A stretch of DNA of 64,000 nucleotides from Phoronis australis. Lineage: Eukaryota > Animalia > Phoronida. The notes under the pieces are model-generated. The model did not search any database. It was not told where the DNA came from and saw only the letters and a program-made list of their open reading frames with translations. Both the position numbers and the translations under genes were made by a program. Shown piece after piece: positions 1 to 13,170 of this stretch. Position 1 is the first letter of the stretch, and each line of letters starts with the position of its first letter. The stretch is from assembly GCA_002633005.1 (NCBI GenBank), contig NMRA01000644.1, positions 62,001 to 126,000 of the forward strand, read 5' to 3'.

Positions 1-645
1 AGCCGAGAAGCCACCGCATCGAATTCATCAATTTCGTAAGAAGTGGTGATAGGCGAGTAAAAGGAAGACCCCAGCGCAGAAAGACATCCTGCACACAGCC
101 AACGACTGGAGAGTGTGGGCAGATCTTGCCGGTCACCAGTCATTCTTCCCTCAACACATTGTCCAGACGACCCAGCGCCCTGACTTGGTTATTTACTCGG
201 ACAGTTCCCACCAGGTCATCTTGATTTAGCTCACTATCCGGTGGGAGAGTAGGGTGGAAGAGGCACACGAGAGAAAGAACTTGAAGTATGCAGACCTTAG
301 GAATGTTAACGGCTGGAGATGTTGGAGTTTTCCTGTAGAGGTCGCTGTCGAGGTTTTCCGGCCAGTTCGGTCATCAACATGGCGAGGTGTCTTGGCGTCT
401 CCGTGTCGGGAAAGAAGGCTCTGCTACGCGACGTAGCCACTGAAGCTGAACAGGCATCTTGTTGGATTTGGATGAAAAACCAACAGCAAAACCACCAAAA
501 ACCGTCAGACAGAGCCTGATCAACCCTGTTGTCCCGCCTACTAGAGATGGTCTTGGTGTAGGGACGAAACCATCAAAGACAGTCACGGTAGGAGACCACC
601 TGAAGATGGCGGTTGAGCACAGTTCCATCAAGTGTATAAAGTAAG
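1..645 (+). mobile_element. 3' end of a decayed Hero-like (R2-group, restriction-like endonuclease) non-LTR retrotransposon plus 3' UTR
   Basis: Manual translation gives DWRVWADL..FPQHIVQTTQRPDLVIYSDSSHQVILI*LTIRWESRVEEAHERKNLKYADL..GWRCWSFPVEV/(frameshift)CRGFPASS..AEQASCWIW. This fits the RLE pattern RPD-x-ELT-x-WE..EAHERK..KY..PVEVGCRGF. The catalytic E is replaced by TAG at 227-229. Confidence 0.85.
531..606 (+). ncRNA. Candidate non-circularly permuted (pseudoknotted) hammerhead ribozyme in the retrotransposon 3' UTR
   Basis: GTCCC 531-535 pairs with GGGAC 561-565, followed by GAAA 566-569. GATGGT 546-551 pairs with ACCATC 569-574, with GUC at 550-552. TGGT 554-557 pairs with ACCA 595-598, followed by CTGAAGA 600-606. 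Extra helix CCTAC 537-541/GTAGG 588-592. Confidence 0.6.
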
Positions 646-1292
646 CTCTGTTATTGTTTTGTTGTTGTTTTCATTAGACTAACACTTTGATACTCTCCAA
701 TTTATTTCAATTGATTCTGTTCAGCACAACTTCATTTGTTCCACACCTGAAGGCTGAAGTTCGAAATTTTGGCTCGATCTCATAATATGTGCGTATTGTA
801 ATTGTGTACTTGGCGCACATGTAAAATCCTTGGTTTTCTTTAAAAATTGCGCCTTCTATTTGTTATTTTCTTGCTGTTGTTTCCCCCAATAGCGATTGCC
901 TTGGGCTGGAAGTTTTGTCATATTCGATTGGCTTTGGGAATTTAAAACAATAACCGTGGGCTTTCCATGTTCTTTTAGCATACGATCGTGATGCGAACAC
1001 ATGTCTATGAAACACAATGTTGACACTTTAAAAATACAGGGATGTGATGTGTCATAAACTATAAGTAAAACGAAGGTGAACCCTCGCCGACTTCGCCTGT
1101 CCGCTATTGTTGCTACGGCTTTGTTAAAACCTCGACTTCCGTTACTTGGCTTAAGTTCCCGGATGTTCCCGTTGACCTTCGTTTAGTTCATGCAGCGTCC
1201 AATCATAGGGTACTTATCGCGTTATGACAACATTGAGAACCGAGAGGAGACTTCTGTTAGATCGAGCTACCGCAGAAAATGCAGACTGCATT

Positions 1293-1364
1293 CATATATA
1301 CATACATACATACATACATACATACATACATACATACACACATACACACATACACACATACATA
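1293..1364 (+). repeat. (CATA)n/(CA)n microsatellite
   Basis: Direct tandem CATA units with CACATA variants. Confidence 0.95.
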
Positions 1365-2119
1365 GTATCACTACAATTTGGCAGTAATCTTTCTCGTACA
1401 CATATTTCATTAAAAACACGACTTTGATCTGTTTTACTAGTTTAATCTCAGTTCTTTCCAACTCTCTAAATAAAGACCTTGTCTTTACATCGCAACAGTG
1501 CAACTGTGAGTGTTGGCAAGTCACAAGAGGAGTTAATATCTTTTAAGAGTGCTTTATTGGGAAACGTGAAACATTTCTCATTGACATTCTCACAGTTCTT
1601 CTCTGTTTCAGTTCTAAAAATAAAAAACAAAATGCATAGCAAACCTCACAGATACAGTCAAAATGCAAATTCGGCAATACCAAATACGAAAATACCATGA
1701 AAATTACCTCAATATTGCCGCTCCCTGGCTCTCCTCACTGACGCCAAATATGCACTGCCACAATGTGAGTAAATCGAGTCAGCGCACACCACTTCATACT
1801 CAAATGAGGGTTAGGTCACATGCAAATTACATTAAGTCTATTCAGCCATGAATATACACGTGACCATGAGCCACCCGGAGCAAACAAACGTGAAGTATCT
1901 TACAGCAACAAAAATCCAAACGACATCAGAAGGTAACATATTTTAAAAAGCGAGACACATATCTCATATTCAGGCTTCAATTTACAATTAATTCACAGTG
2001 AAAAGGACATCAGGAATGACAAATGCAATATAACATGTGAAGTTGGCATGCGCAACTATGACGATAAAAACATATATAAATATACATACGTTACTGTGCA
2101 AAATAATCTATAGATCACC

Positions 2120-2340
2120 GAAATAACGAGAGTCCCAGTTAGCTGCTCGTTCAAACTAGGTTTTTCAAACATTATTAGAAGCGACACTAATCTTCGTAAC
2201 CTATGTACATCATTTTCAGCGTATCTAATGACAGTATTGTTGACAATCTCCTGACGAGTTATTTTGCGACCATGAACATTTTGAAAATGGTCTTTTATGG
2301 AACCGTTTTGTAAATGCATTGAAAGCCGCCGTGACAAGGA
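2120..2340 (-). mobile_element. Penelope-like element remnant, C-terminal half of the GIY-YIG endonuclease
   Basis: LSRRLSMHLQNGSIKDHFQNVHGRKITRQEIVNNTVIRYAENDVHRLRRLVSLLIMFEKPSLNEQ fits the PLE pattern L.RRL..H..G.I..H...L...E.L.I....P.LN.Q. Confidence 0.7.
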
Positions 2341-5300
2341 ACACACTGTATGCAAAATGTACTTTTGTAAGTTGACAGTCGTTATCCCCCGTTATCTAGA
2401 GCCCGAGTGGATTTTGGAGAATTATCGCCCGAGGGGCGTTAGCTCGACTTCGCCATGTAATAATCTGTATTTACAAGCATGCACTTAAAGATCACCTCGA
2501 TTCTTTTATGGTGACCTGGGTATTTTGCCATTTCGCAAGCGAGTTGACGTTATGCTAAGCGTCGAGGCTAGCTCTGGTATATTTTGATGTAAATACGTAT
2601 AATCTGAAGTAGATAAGTGTTATGCTGAGCAGCGGAACTTGCGGAACATTTTACGGTCGATTATATGTTTCACAGAAGTATACCTACTCGAGTTCAAAGA
2701 ATGAGATCAGCGATTCATGTATAATTGGAAGCTTTCGTTCAATCATGTATTCGTGTATTCGTTGAAATTATAATTTGCACAACTTTTTATAAAAACATTA
2801 ATATTGAGCGCCCTTGCAAAACCTAAAAATTAAAAAACCCTCCACTTCTTGCCAGCATAGATTCTAATTTCATCCCTATTTATAATGCTGGGCCCAATTG
2901 CATAAAAGGTATACGCCGTATAGCAACAATGACGTCGCCATTAGCACGCGCCACGTTGTTATTGTTGAGCAATAAACCTGACGTCATGTAACCCAGCCCT
3001 GGACAAGAAATTTGCGCTGTCGTAGATTATTTGATGGCCCACCATAACAAGTTTGGGACGGTTTACTATGCCAAAACTGAAGTGCCTTTCGACCTCTAGT
3101 AAGGCCCAGTCGTAACAACAAGTCACCTGTTATCGTCAGACGCTCAACATCAAACAACCAATAACACCTGAAACACATCGTTGATATGTAAATGAGCGTC
3201 ACAGGTTGCGCACACTCAAAGTTGCTTTCAAATGTTATGTTGATATTTTTTCTTTAAACTTAGCACTAACCTGCAGCGCTGATTTTATTTGGAGCCCCTC
3301 TAAATAATCATACTTATTGTTAATTATTGTTTTAATTACATTACTACTAGTGGTTTTACTTCTGTTGTCATTATTGTAATAAAATCATATATTAAATAGA
3401 TAAAGAAGATTAATTTAGATAACATTAGACCCTGTAACATTTGGCCCCATAACATTAGGCCCCTATGTTTGATTGTATTCGAAACATCACCTGTTTCACT
3501 ACAACTAATTTCAAGACTATTAATTGAACTCACGGGATTATGCAGGTAATCATCCGCTCGCCGCGTAATACCCTACCCATCAGCGCAACAGATTGTGTAC
3601 CGACTTTGCACAGGAATTTGGAACTGTGTACATGCGCAGTTTTACACGTGTTCCGCTCCTAGCGAATTTTATTCAAAATGCAAAATAACTGTGTTTAAAA
3701 TTTACCTTAATTGCCCCTGAAAAAGCGTGGTTAATATTCAATAATTCGATGAAACTTTAACTAAGTACATGTAGTCCAACAGACGTTTGTTGACGAAAAG
3801 TCGCACTAGCATGTTTTTAGGGAAACTTCGCAAATTAATGAAATGCTAGTATGGCATTTCAATACCACGCGAAGAAGGCAACATTATCAGTGATTCGAGG
3901 ATGTTTGTGGTTTTCAAAAAAGAAACTACTGCTCATCAACATTATCAACCTTATGAAACTATTTGGTGATAACAATTTAAAGCGTTGGAAGTCATACCAC
4001 AGGTTTTTACACTTCAAAGTAGAAGGGTTGGATTTCATTTTATTGACAATTTTTTCCTTTTATGTTGGAATTTAATCGTTGTTACAGAAACTTCAAGTTT
4101 TACGAACAGGCAAACCAATGTGTACTGGCAAAGACAAGGGGACACAAGGGGCCCTCTTACCACCAACATTGTGTGATGTGTCATCCATCTCGCCTGTTGG
4201 CTCATAAACAACTACCTCTTATTTTATCTCGTTAGCCACTCCCGTGACAATCTGTTGAACTGTATAAACGCGCAACAGTTATAACCTTCTGTTTCGATTG
4301 TTGTTTGAAGACAGAAGTGCAACTTTTTAAAATGGGTTACAACTAATGGGTTCATGTCCTAAAGTACTATAACATTCATGGGTTATCCAGTCACTTTTTT
4401 AACTGATGACTGGAACTTTTGTAGTTCCGTCTGCTGCGATGCTTCGATTTCGTACGCGCATTCCATGTTAGGCTACCGTTTGACGTCAAAAGTCAATAAA
4501 TGTGCACTATTCGGTTCAGCTGTTGTGCAGTGGACTGGTGTCTGATTCCTCTTAATGATTGTGCAGCGGATCAATTTCAGCCTCCGCAATTTTTTTATTA
4601 AAACCTTATTGCTCGATGTATTTGTTGGTTGAGATTATAATGCATTTTAGACTAAGTCATCAAGCTTTCCGCCACCTGTACTGGAGACGGGGAAACTCGA
4701 AGAGAAGGTGCGCACCAAGGGAATTTGCCCTAATATGTAATTTAAAATATGCTTGTTAGTCTAGTTTCCAGCCCAATAGCTCCGATAGTGAACCCTGCAA
4801 TGTTGATTACTGTAAAGTTTTTTGTAGAAATATATTGATTATTATCAGGAGAACAAAATTAGCTTGGTTGCACTTACTGCAACTTTGAGCATTTTTTGAA
4901 ATTCAAGATGGCGGATTCCGCCATTTTAATTTCGACCGACTTTTTTGTTTTTTCAACTTGATGATAAACATAATCATGTAATACATTGTTTATACCATTT
5001 TCTGTGATGGGGAGTCCATTTCTGGTGTTATTTTTTGATAAAGGGTCATTTTCAAGGTCAAACCAGAGGTCAAAGGTCAAAACTGTCTAGCAGCCTTCTG
5101 ACATTTAGTTTTTTATCTCATTGTTTTTCATTTTCTTCGTTAACCTCATCAAGATATGCTCACTATTACATACATGTACTATAATGGGCCAAACATTTTG
5201 CTCACAAGTTTCATGAAGGTTGTATTGGAACAATAGAGAAAGCATATGGCATAGGAATGTTCATACGCTCAGCAGTTCAGTGCTGGTGCATCCATTATGG

Positions 5301-5829
5301 TTACTGCCCATTACTCAAAAAAAACTACAACTCCGAAAAACTTCTACTCCGAAAAGAAAACACTACTCCGAAGAAACCCACATCTCCTCCAAATATGAAC
5401 GCATTCGTTTCATTATATTATATTATACTATATTATTATTATATATTATACTAATACATGCGCACATCCAGTCTAAAATATGGGGACTGGAATTTTTGGC
5501 AATGTGAACCTTTTACAAACAAAAAAACATGAGACTAAAAATGGGATATCACGTTCAGGGCTGTGAATTGTGCGTTCGCGTCTTTTTAGTGGACCTTTGT
5601 CTCATTTTCTCGGATTTTTTGTTGTTTTGAGGCTGACCTTTTTGCCCACTTCGCCAAATGGGGGGCTCGTTCGAGCTGGTCAAGAAGAGCCACTGTCTAA
5701 TTTCTTATTCTGAAGCATACGTTGTATAAGTAAATAATGAAAGTGGTGGAAGAAGGCACACACACCATCAGAATCACTTGTGACAACACTGACATCTCCA
5801 AGCTCTTGATTTATGGGACGTCTGCTGTG

Positions 5830-6180
5830 CCAGTAGACGTTGAGACTCAAATGGAGAAGTGGAAGAGTAGTATTTCGGACATAATGGAACATTTCAGAGA
5901 TTTGACCTGAACAAGTGCCGCCAACATGAGAGGTCACAAGACGTGACGGTACTGGACAGACACTAGTTCTTGGTTTGAAAGATCTGTCAGAGACTCTAAT
6001 AACCCCTCTCTGAGTAGACAAGGAGGTGAATTTATCGCAGTCAGTGACTCGTGGTCCATTGCCTTGAAATGAGGTGTTCTCCATGAACACCGACCCATGG
6101 GGGATGAAATTTTCTCGAGAATCAGTGAGTCATCAGTCCCCAGTAGAAGAAGCCAGGCGGCTCCGCAAAGTCAGGAAATT
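5830..6180 (+). mobile_element. Highly decayed Penelope (Poseidon-type) GIY-YIG 3' remnant
   Basis: Across a frameshift: VTVLDR/DTSSWFERSVRDSNNPSLSRQGG..VSDSW, resembling V.ILDRE..WFERGVKEAI..PSLNR.GG..LS..W. Confidence 0.55.
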
Positions 6181-6322
6181 TACATTGTTTTATAGATCCA
6201 GAAGTCATAGTTTATTAGTTTTCCCTGGATTAATAATATTGCCCATGGGATGCATCCCAGTCTACGTATATGTACCCTGCACGGATTACGTGCAATCTAA
6301 ACACATACCCCTATTCACTATG

Positions 6323-6420
6323 AGGAGGCAGTGTGGCATAGTGTCCTTCCTCTAATCAAGGTTGTGTTTTCGAGTTACACGGGGCACACTGCTGGTCGCT
6401 TGAGTCAAGTCCCTAGATAC
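6323..6420 (+). mobile_element. Possible decayed tRNA-derived SINE head
   Basis: GGAGGCAGTGTGGCATAGTG (A-box-like) followed by GTTTTCGAGT (degenerate B-box). No tail identified. Confidence 0.3.
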
Positions 6421-7561
6421 TCGGCTCTCTTTCAACTAATAAAGCATAAAGATGGTCCAAGGTGAGCAGTGCGATGGGTCTTCCTGAGCAGCATGAGTAG
6501 GTCTGATACAACAATATTTTAAAATAATTATTGCGATATTTGGAGGATATCCTATTACAGTATTTAGCTATCCCTTATTCTTGATATAATGGAATCACAG
6601 AAATGATAATTCCACATTTCCCATAAACTTAACAATTCGTCGCGCAAAAGAGATGAATTTTCCTTGTTTCAGCTCAACGTGACCTTTGACCTCTCATTTG
6701 ACCTTGACTTTGACCTTGCATCCATAAAATAAGTGTTCTAGCAGCATCTGCTTTTATACGGTAGTTAGACCTATCTAGTCTTCACATGAAGAGTCACTAC
6801 AGTTATCTTATTAATCCGCCTCTCCGCAACTGATCCCCAACTATTTCGTGTTTGACCCCGGCGACCACCTAATTCCGAGGTACTCCTCTCTGTAGGATAT
6901 CGATAGTGTTTTTAACACCTTGTACCTTTGCTACCGACTTGGCAAATTTGATTGAAACGCACTAATAACAGTTATTAATAGTAAAAACAATAGCATATAC
7001 TACAAACTGTCTTCGTTTTTGCGTGGTCGAAGGCACAAAGACCTTCACGAACACCCTGGCAGGTCTGAATGTTTTGATATGACTATTTCATGAGAACGAT
7101 CCTTCAGTGCTGATCTTTCTAGCTCATATAAGTTTTTGGGCAAAGAATAGCGTCAGAAAACTGCCAGTGAACAGGAGATTCCAATGCCAAGTGAGAGTTG
7201 GCGGTTTGAAATCTTTTTGTCTTATTTCTCTTGTTCTCAACGACTATATATTAAGGCATTATTTACATAATAGTATGCTTTGAAAATTTGGACCAAATCG
7301 TCTTCAGTGAATCGGCGACAACCTCTCTAAAAAGGCTTCCTTTGGACTGGCTGTACATGGGATTTTGATGGTCGTCGCACAAACAACAGACTTTCCGTAT
7401 CGAAGTCTCAACTTCTACCTCCTGGCAGGAAACCAGAGGTCCAGTTTTGTCAGTGCAAATACATATTTAACGACTGGTTCTCGTGACCTATCAAATTACG
7501 GTACGCTGCGTGCAAAAAGATGATGTGCCCTCCGAGGCTAAAACAAAGCGAGCGCACTGTG

Positions 7562-7569
7562 TATAAAAG
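7562..7569 (+). promoter_or_regulatory. TATA box of the SEA/TSP1 gene
   Basis: TATAAAAG starts 47 bp upstream of an ATG (GCAGCAATG context) that opens a signal-peptide exon. Confidence 0.6.
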
Positions 7570-7608
7570 AAGAACGTCGGAGCGTACTCGACAAGCAGGA
7601 ACGCAGCA

Positions 7609-7653
7609 ATGTGTTCCTTGAAGTTCTTCGTGATCATCCTTCTTCTCCAAGAG
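7609..7653 (+). CDS. Exon 1, signal peptide MCSLKFFVIILLLQE
   Basis: ATG after the TATA box, hydrophobic stretch, strong donor GAG|GTGAGT (phase 0). Confidence 0.7.
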
Positions 7654-8635
7654 GTGAGTGTTATGGAAATATCATTTGTGTCTTTTCAATTCTCACACCT
7701 GTTCTTCAAGTGAGATTGTGATTATAGTCCTACACCTCGGGCTCGCAATTTACTCGACTGTTATGTTGAAATTTACTCTTTTTTTACGATCACATGGTAA
7801 GTCATCGGGTTAGAACTCAAAAAGTAGTATTTTAGCACGTCTGAAATCCTCAAACGTATTGTATCGTAATTTCATTGTGTTTGGCTTCCCTCAAGCTTTT
7901 TCGAATTCAGTCGGTGACGTCGAAATCTGGCGAAACTGTTTTGCTCAAGATTTCATTTTTTTGCGAAAAAGGCGTCATGGGCCAACTTCGGCAAACAAAT
8001 TGGTAGCTATGATACCAATTTGTAGATAATCTGTCATTCGTTGCGCCTAAAACTCGCTTTCGCTGAAATGACATGTGTTACTTCTTTATTAATTTCAGAA
8101 TGACCCGTTTTGTAACAGAAAATGTGTGTTTTATTCACTAAATCGGTATTTCATTACATTGTTAGTCCTTAAAATTTAAAACGTCCTTCTAAGAGGATGC
8201 GCATTGTGTCAGTGGCTAACGATTCTGAAACCCTAAGTCTTTTGAGTAAACGAGGTACATCTTTGCCTAATGAACAAACCTTGGGAACTTGGCTTTAGTA
8301 CGACATCATATAGCAAAAGTTTTAATGCCATTGTTAAAATTTAAATGATTTTAATTCGCTGACATTGAAACATATGAGAAAAAATAGTTGATGTTGAAAT
8401 TTCGTAGTTAACAGTAAATTGGTGATATAACATAGGCTTCAACGTTTGTCCCTGTTTACCCCAAAGCAGACACGATTCGTTGTGTAGTGAAACGAGCACA
8501 CTACTGTCAAGCAGTAGAGCCCCGGCATTCGGTGTGCTCATAACCGCCAACTCATAAAACCAACCAGAGTTCTTCCCCCATGTTTCAATAGCGATCCAAC
8601 GCAATTTCGTTTTGTTGTCGTCTTCTGGCTTACAG

Positions 8636-8849
8636 TTAGTAAGTATTAGGGAGCAGTATGTAATTCAGTGGAACTGTAATTCCAGAGATGTTGTCATGGA
8701 AGCCAGACTGGTAAAAAGAAATCATTGACGGTTGACGGGACATTCCACAACTTCGAGTCTAAGCACCCTGGGGTCTACCGGTTTGGTGCAGACGTGACTG
8801 CCAGCATTGAAGACGTGAGCCACCCATGGACACTGATTCTTAAGTGCAG
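8636..8849 (+). CDS. Exon 2 (frame-disrupted; alternative acceptor at 8686)
   Basis: Polypyrimidine acceptor ..cttacag|. LVSIREQYVIQWNCNSRDVVMEARLV, then a second frame KSLTVDGTFHNFESKHPGVYRFGADVTASIEDVSHPWTLILKC. Donor AG|GTACTC. Confidence 0.5.
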
Positions 8850-9302
8850 GTACTCTGTCCTGAAGCCAAATGCCATATCAGTTGTTGTTAAATAAATGTT
8901 AAAATTATCCCATAGAAGCACCAACACACTTTCAACTGTCATGTGTAACCAAAATTGAATTTGCAGTTAATTAGATTTTTTTGAAATACCATAGATATTC
9001 TGATTCCGCTTGTTATAGCGTTACAAATGACTAGAGTAGGCACTTACGACAATCTAAACGCCACAACATCCGGGTAACATAAGAGCTATTAAATGAAATG
9101 TTGCCCTCTGTTTAATACAAACTTCAAATCAAGAAATCAAAGACACCAACGGCATAGACAACGTACATTGTTCTAGTTAATTACTCATCTAAATACATTT
9201 TCACCATACCGTATAACGCTGATTGGTTAAAATGATTACGCTTCTTATGTACTAGCGTCTTATTGCGTGCTGTCTAATTTTCAAGTGACTTTTCTTGTCC
9301 AG

Positions 9303-9596
9303 GGAAACCATACAAACATGGCTCGTACGACATCGTTAAAAATTTCAGACTTAAAGTGAATGTAGAAACGGAAACCGCGGCATTCAAACACGAAGAAGTC
9401 ACCACCTGGAAGTATGATAAGAGTGCTGGAAACAAGATAAGTCACAGTTTTACTTTCTCATTGGCGAACGAATATTACGAATTTGTTAGAGATATCAAGT
9501 GTTCGGGACAACTGCTCACAAACGACGCCATGGGAAATCCGTCTGTTGAAACCATTGACTTGAATGATCAGCATCACGTAGTAGGAGAAAAGTCAG
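9303..9596 (+). CDS. Exon 3, domain of unknown family
   Basis: Acceptor tttcttgtccag|, open frame GKPYKHGSYDIVKNFRLKVNVETETAAFKHEE...VVGEKS, donor CAG|GTAAAT (phase 1). Confidence 0.65.
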
Positions 9597-10480
9597 GTAA
9601 ATATTTGATCTATAATCTGAATTTCGAGTCACTGTATCTTCCTGTTATTCATTGCAAAAGAAGGTGATCTAATGGCCTGTACATGTACACTGATGTACAG
9701 GCATCGTTTACCAGCGTGATTTTTAGCGTGCATGTGGTCACAACAGGTTCGCAACTCCGAAAGTTTCATACGAAATTCCTATATAAGGCGCCAATGAATA
9801 AAACAAACAGTCCAAGTGACGATAATTTCGAATCTCCTTGTGACAGAACACAACGAGGAACCGTCGGGGTTCTTACAGAAAACACCACTAGAATACTGTC
9901 TAAAGTCCTAATATACATGTACTGGCGCAGTGTCCGGTTAATGAGGAAACGATGTCCTTTCAGTTCCAGAAGTTGAGGCCACTAGAGTTAGCAGCGGCTT
10001 GTGCGGAATGTCATAGATTTTGGAATATTCAGAGTTGGCCGTTTACGTACTATATATTCTGTGATGAAAATGAATGACCATTTCTCATAAAGAGATTGGC
10101 ATTCAAACGGAATATTATCTCGAAACGTAACATCCGTGTAGTAACTCTTGCTGAATTAACACGTCTTTTAAGACATGCATGTATGTTTTTACAATACTAT
10201 GGAGAAGAGCTCTCATGAAGAGAAAAGTTGTCAGCCCACAAATTCTTCGTTTTCTTACGTGCTGGAGCATGTGCTGGAAATGTCTTACGAAGAGAGCCAA
10301 CCGTTGACAATTTGTCTCCTCCAATGTTCACATAATACTTAATGGCGTAAGTGATATATTTGTTTTTGGAAAGCTCAGGTTGACGTGCCGAGTTTTCATT
10401 TTGTCTGAGTACTAATCGTAGCCGATTTCTTCAAAAACATAATAGCACGGCTTGGTGTAACTGTGAATGTCTGCTTTCAG

Positions 10481-10513
10481 ATTCGTCTGCGACTCCCGAG
10501 GTTGCTAAGAAAA
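10481..10513 (+). CDS. 33-nt micro-exon (DSSATPEVAKK linker)
   Basis: ctttcag| ... |GTGAGT, symmetric phase 1-1, compatible with both neighbouring exons. Confidence 0.6.
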
Positions 10514-12531
10514 GTGAGTTATTTCCAATGTGAATTTTAAACTGTTTATGTAGTCTTAAGAAAAACCTGTCTCCTGGTAACTTAACGCTGCAACATGATG
10601 AAATTTGTTAATTCCGTGGTCTTATGTGTTCTTTGAGAGCCGAGCCCGCATGTGAATCCAGGGATGGGCCCATGCTATGTACTCCATTCCCGTTTATCAA
10701 TTTAAGCCTGTGGTCATAATAATTTTGCTAAAATAATCTACACAGCCTAAGCGCAAACGGGTTTCTTTTTGCAGCCGTATGTCTTAAATCGATTTGTTTC
10801 TTTTTTCTGTATTTTTGTGTTTTATGTATTCATTGCACATATTGTAAACATTAAACAACAAATCGCTGGATTTTGGCTATCAAACAAGTTACAGGTCTCC
10901 AACCCACGTTATAACATACATATATGTAGAGAGTACAAAATATCTAAACCAAAATTAATATTTTTCGGAGAGATCAGTCCGATTTATTCCTGCCTTAAAA
11001 AAATCTTTAACAATTCTCCTCGAGATATTTCAATCATCAGTCTTCAGAACATTCCTGAATGCTATTTCGTCCACTCTAATTAAATCTAGCCAAAAGTAGA
11101 GCACTTGAATTTTAATATAGGTTCCCTTTGAAAGAAGAAAGTGTTTTTCAGATTCCAGCCATCCACTATTAAAGCAAGAAATTTAATTTTTATGTTTTCT
11201 AAAAACTTTCATTGGAATTGTGCAAAATTTTGCCTCTAGTTTCTCTAATACAAAACAGTGGCAAAAATATAGACTAGACCATTTTTGTGACTTTTATGTC
11301 AAGCCAATAGTTGACATTCTAAAGATAAATTCAATGTTCACATTTTAAATAATTCAGTCAGAATTCAGTCACATCTAAATGTTCATTTAGTCAGAAACCA
11401 ATCACATAGTCATACTTTCGGTATAGGCTATAAGATATTAAATAATGGACAAATCGGTGATTTTTCACTCTTGATTTTTAGCCTCCATCTTGAATTTCGT
11501 ATGAAATGCTAATCATATTTGAATTTTAACCACACCAGTTAGTTGTTCAACTCTTAAAACCATTGGCTAGAACCAAACATTTGGTCTCTATCACAATTAT
11601 TGAAGAAGTTATATTTGTTTTTAGTGATTCGAAACGTCGTGGCGGCCATCTTAGACGCAGATTTTACCCATTTCTGGTAGTCAGATTTTGGTAGACTTTT
11701 TCCTGTTAATAAGTATACCCAATAGGGCATAAAACCACTGTAAAACCTTTTGTAGCTATCTGTTGTGGGTCATAAATTGACCCGTTCAAATTACCATTTT
11801 TTTAATTTTGACATATTCACATAAAAATTACATTAATTGTAGCATTCTTTTAAATTGAGGATTAGTCTTTGCATACAAATAGATTCAACTCATCTGCAAA
11901 CAATAAATGCAATTTCATTTCACCAATATTTACGAAAACAAAATATTCCACAAGCACAAAATTTTATATTTTCATAACACTGTTTAAAAATTTAAACATA
12001 TATCTTATATTCCGAAATTTGACATTGTTGCATTTCCCACCCAATTGAGCACTTTTCTTAGGCCCACAAAATGACAACAGAACAGGCCCTGCGTTTCATT
12101 ATAGGTCTTTGAATTGTCATATCCAGACTAAGCTTTTATCAACATTACTGAACTATAGCATTTCTAGAAGCCAAATTGAGCCTCAGGCATAATATCGTAC
12201 TCATCAGCCTATGCATTTGGTTGGTTACCTAGCAACCGGGCAAATATGTTGCCTGCCACATGTAGCAGCGTGATTCCTCTGAATTTACCTGGTCATTTTT
12301 CCAGTTTTGAACACCAGGAAAAATATTCACGAATTCCACTGAGTCGGTAGATGCCGGTGCCAGCACTTTATTGAAACATAAGAGAGACATAGTAACATCA
12401 CGTGCTAGTAATGCATATCGATACCTCGCGAAGTCATGCATAACCTTGTCGAACTTGTGTGAAACGGAAAGTAGCCACGGCCTTGTAATAATGGTTGACA
12501 AATGCTACAATAAGAGTATGTGTCTTTTTAG

Positions 12532-13170
12532 AACTCATAATAAATTCAAGGCTGGAGATAAAAGGCGGCATGACATGGAATGACGATATGAGCGATCCAA
12601 ACACGGAAGCTCATAAAACTGCCGCCAAAAAAATCGAAACCGAGGTGAAGAAGTCTGTTGACACGAAAAGCCTTAAATCGGTGGAAGTAAAAGTGACCAA
12701 ATTAAGGTGTGTTGAAACAACATTTAAGTATCGTACACACAAGATTTTAAAGAGGGATTGAAAGGGAAAATGTTCTAATTGCCCTTCTCTGGTCATTTTA
12801 AAACTCAGGACAGCGTTGTTGCTTTAAAGCACACTTAATAAAAATCTGAATCTTTATCTTTCTTTTCTCAAATCAGTTTTTTATCGAGCACTTCTTGAAA
12901 GATTAATAAGACATACAGAGAGAAAGAGAGAGAGACTTGATAAACAAAGAAAAATCAAATGAACATGAAAGTTTTGTTACTTCTTTCTTTCTCCATCCAG
13001 TCAAGGATCTGTGGTAGCAGACTTCTGGCTCAAGGCGGAAGCTAAGGATGGTGTTGACAGCAGTGATGCTTTAGCAGAAGTCAAAGCGGACCTTACTTCT
13101 ACAATAAAAACCGGTCAAGTTGGTGTATTCACGGTCTCCACTACCAATGTGTCAATTTCGTTGCAAGAGG
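12532..13170 (+). CDS. Two exons (12532-12706, 13001-13170) encoding a SEA domain
   Basis: LEIKGGMTWNDDMSDPNTEAHKTAAKKIETEV..VEVKVTKLS|QGSVVADFWL: SEA signature WNDDLSDP and GSVV motif, with a canonical phase-2 intron. Confidence 0.85.

Noticed and set aside
745-772. Minimal Penelope-type hammerhead (CTGAAGG..CGAAA)
   Set aside because: The core deviates from CUGANGA and convincing stems II and III cannot be drawn.
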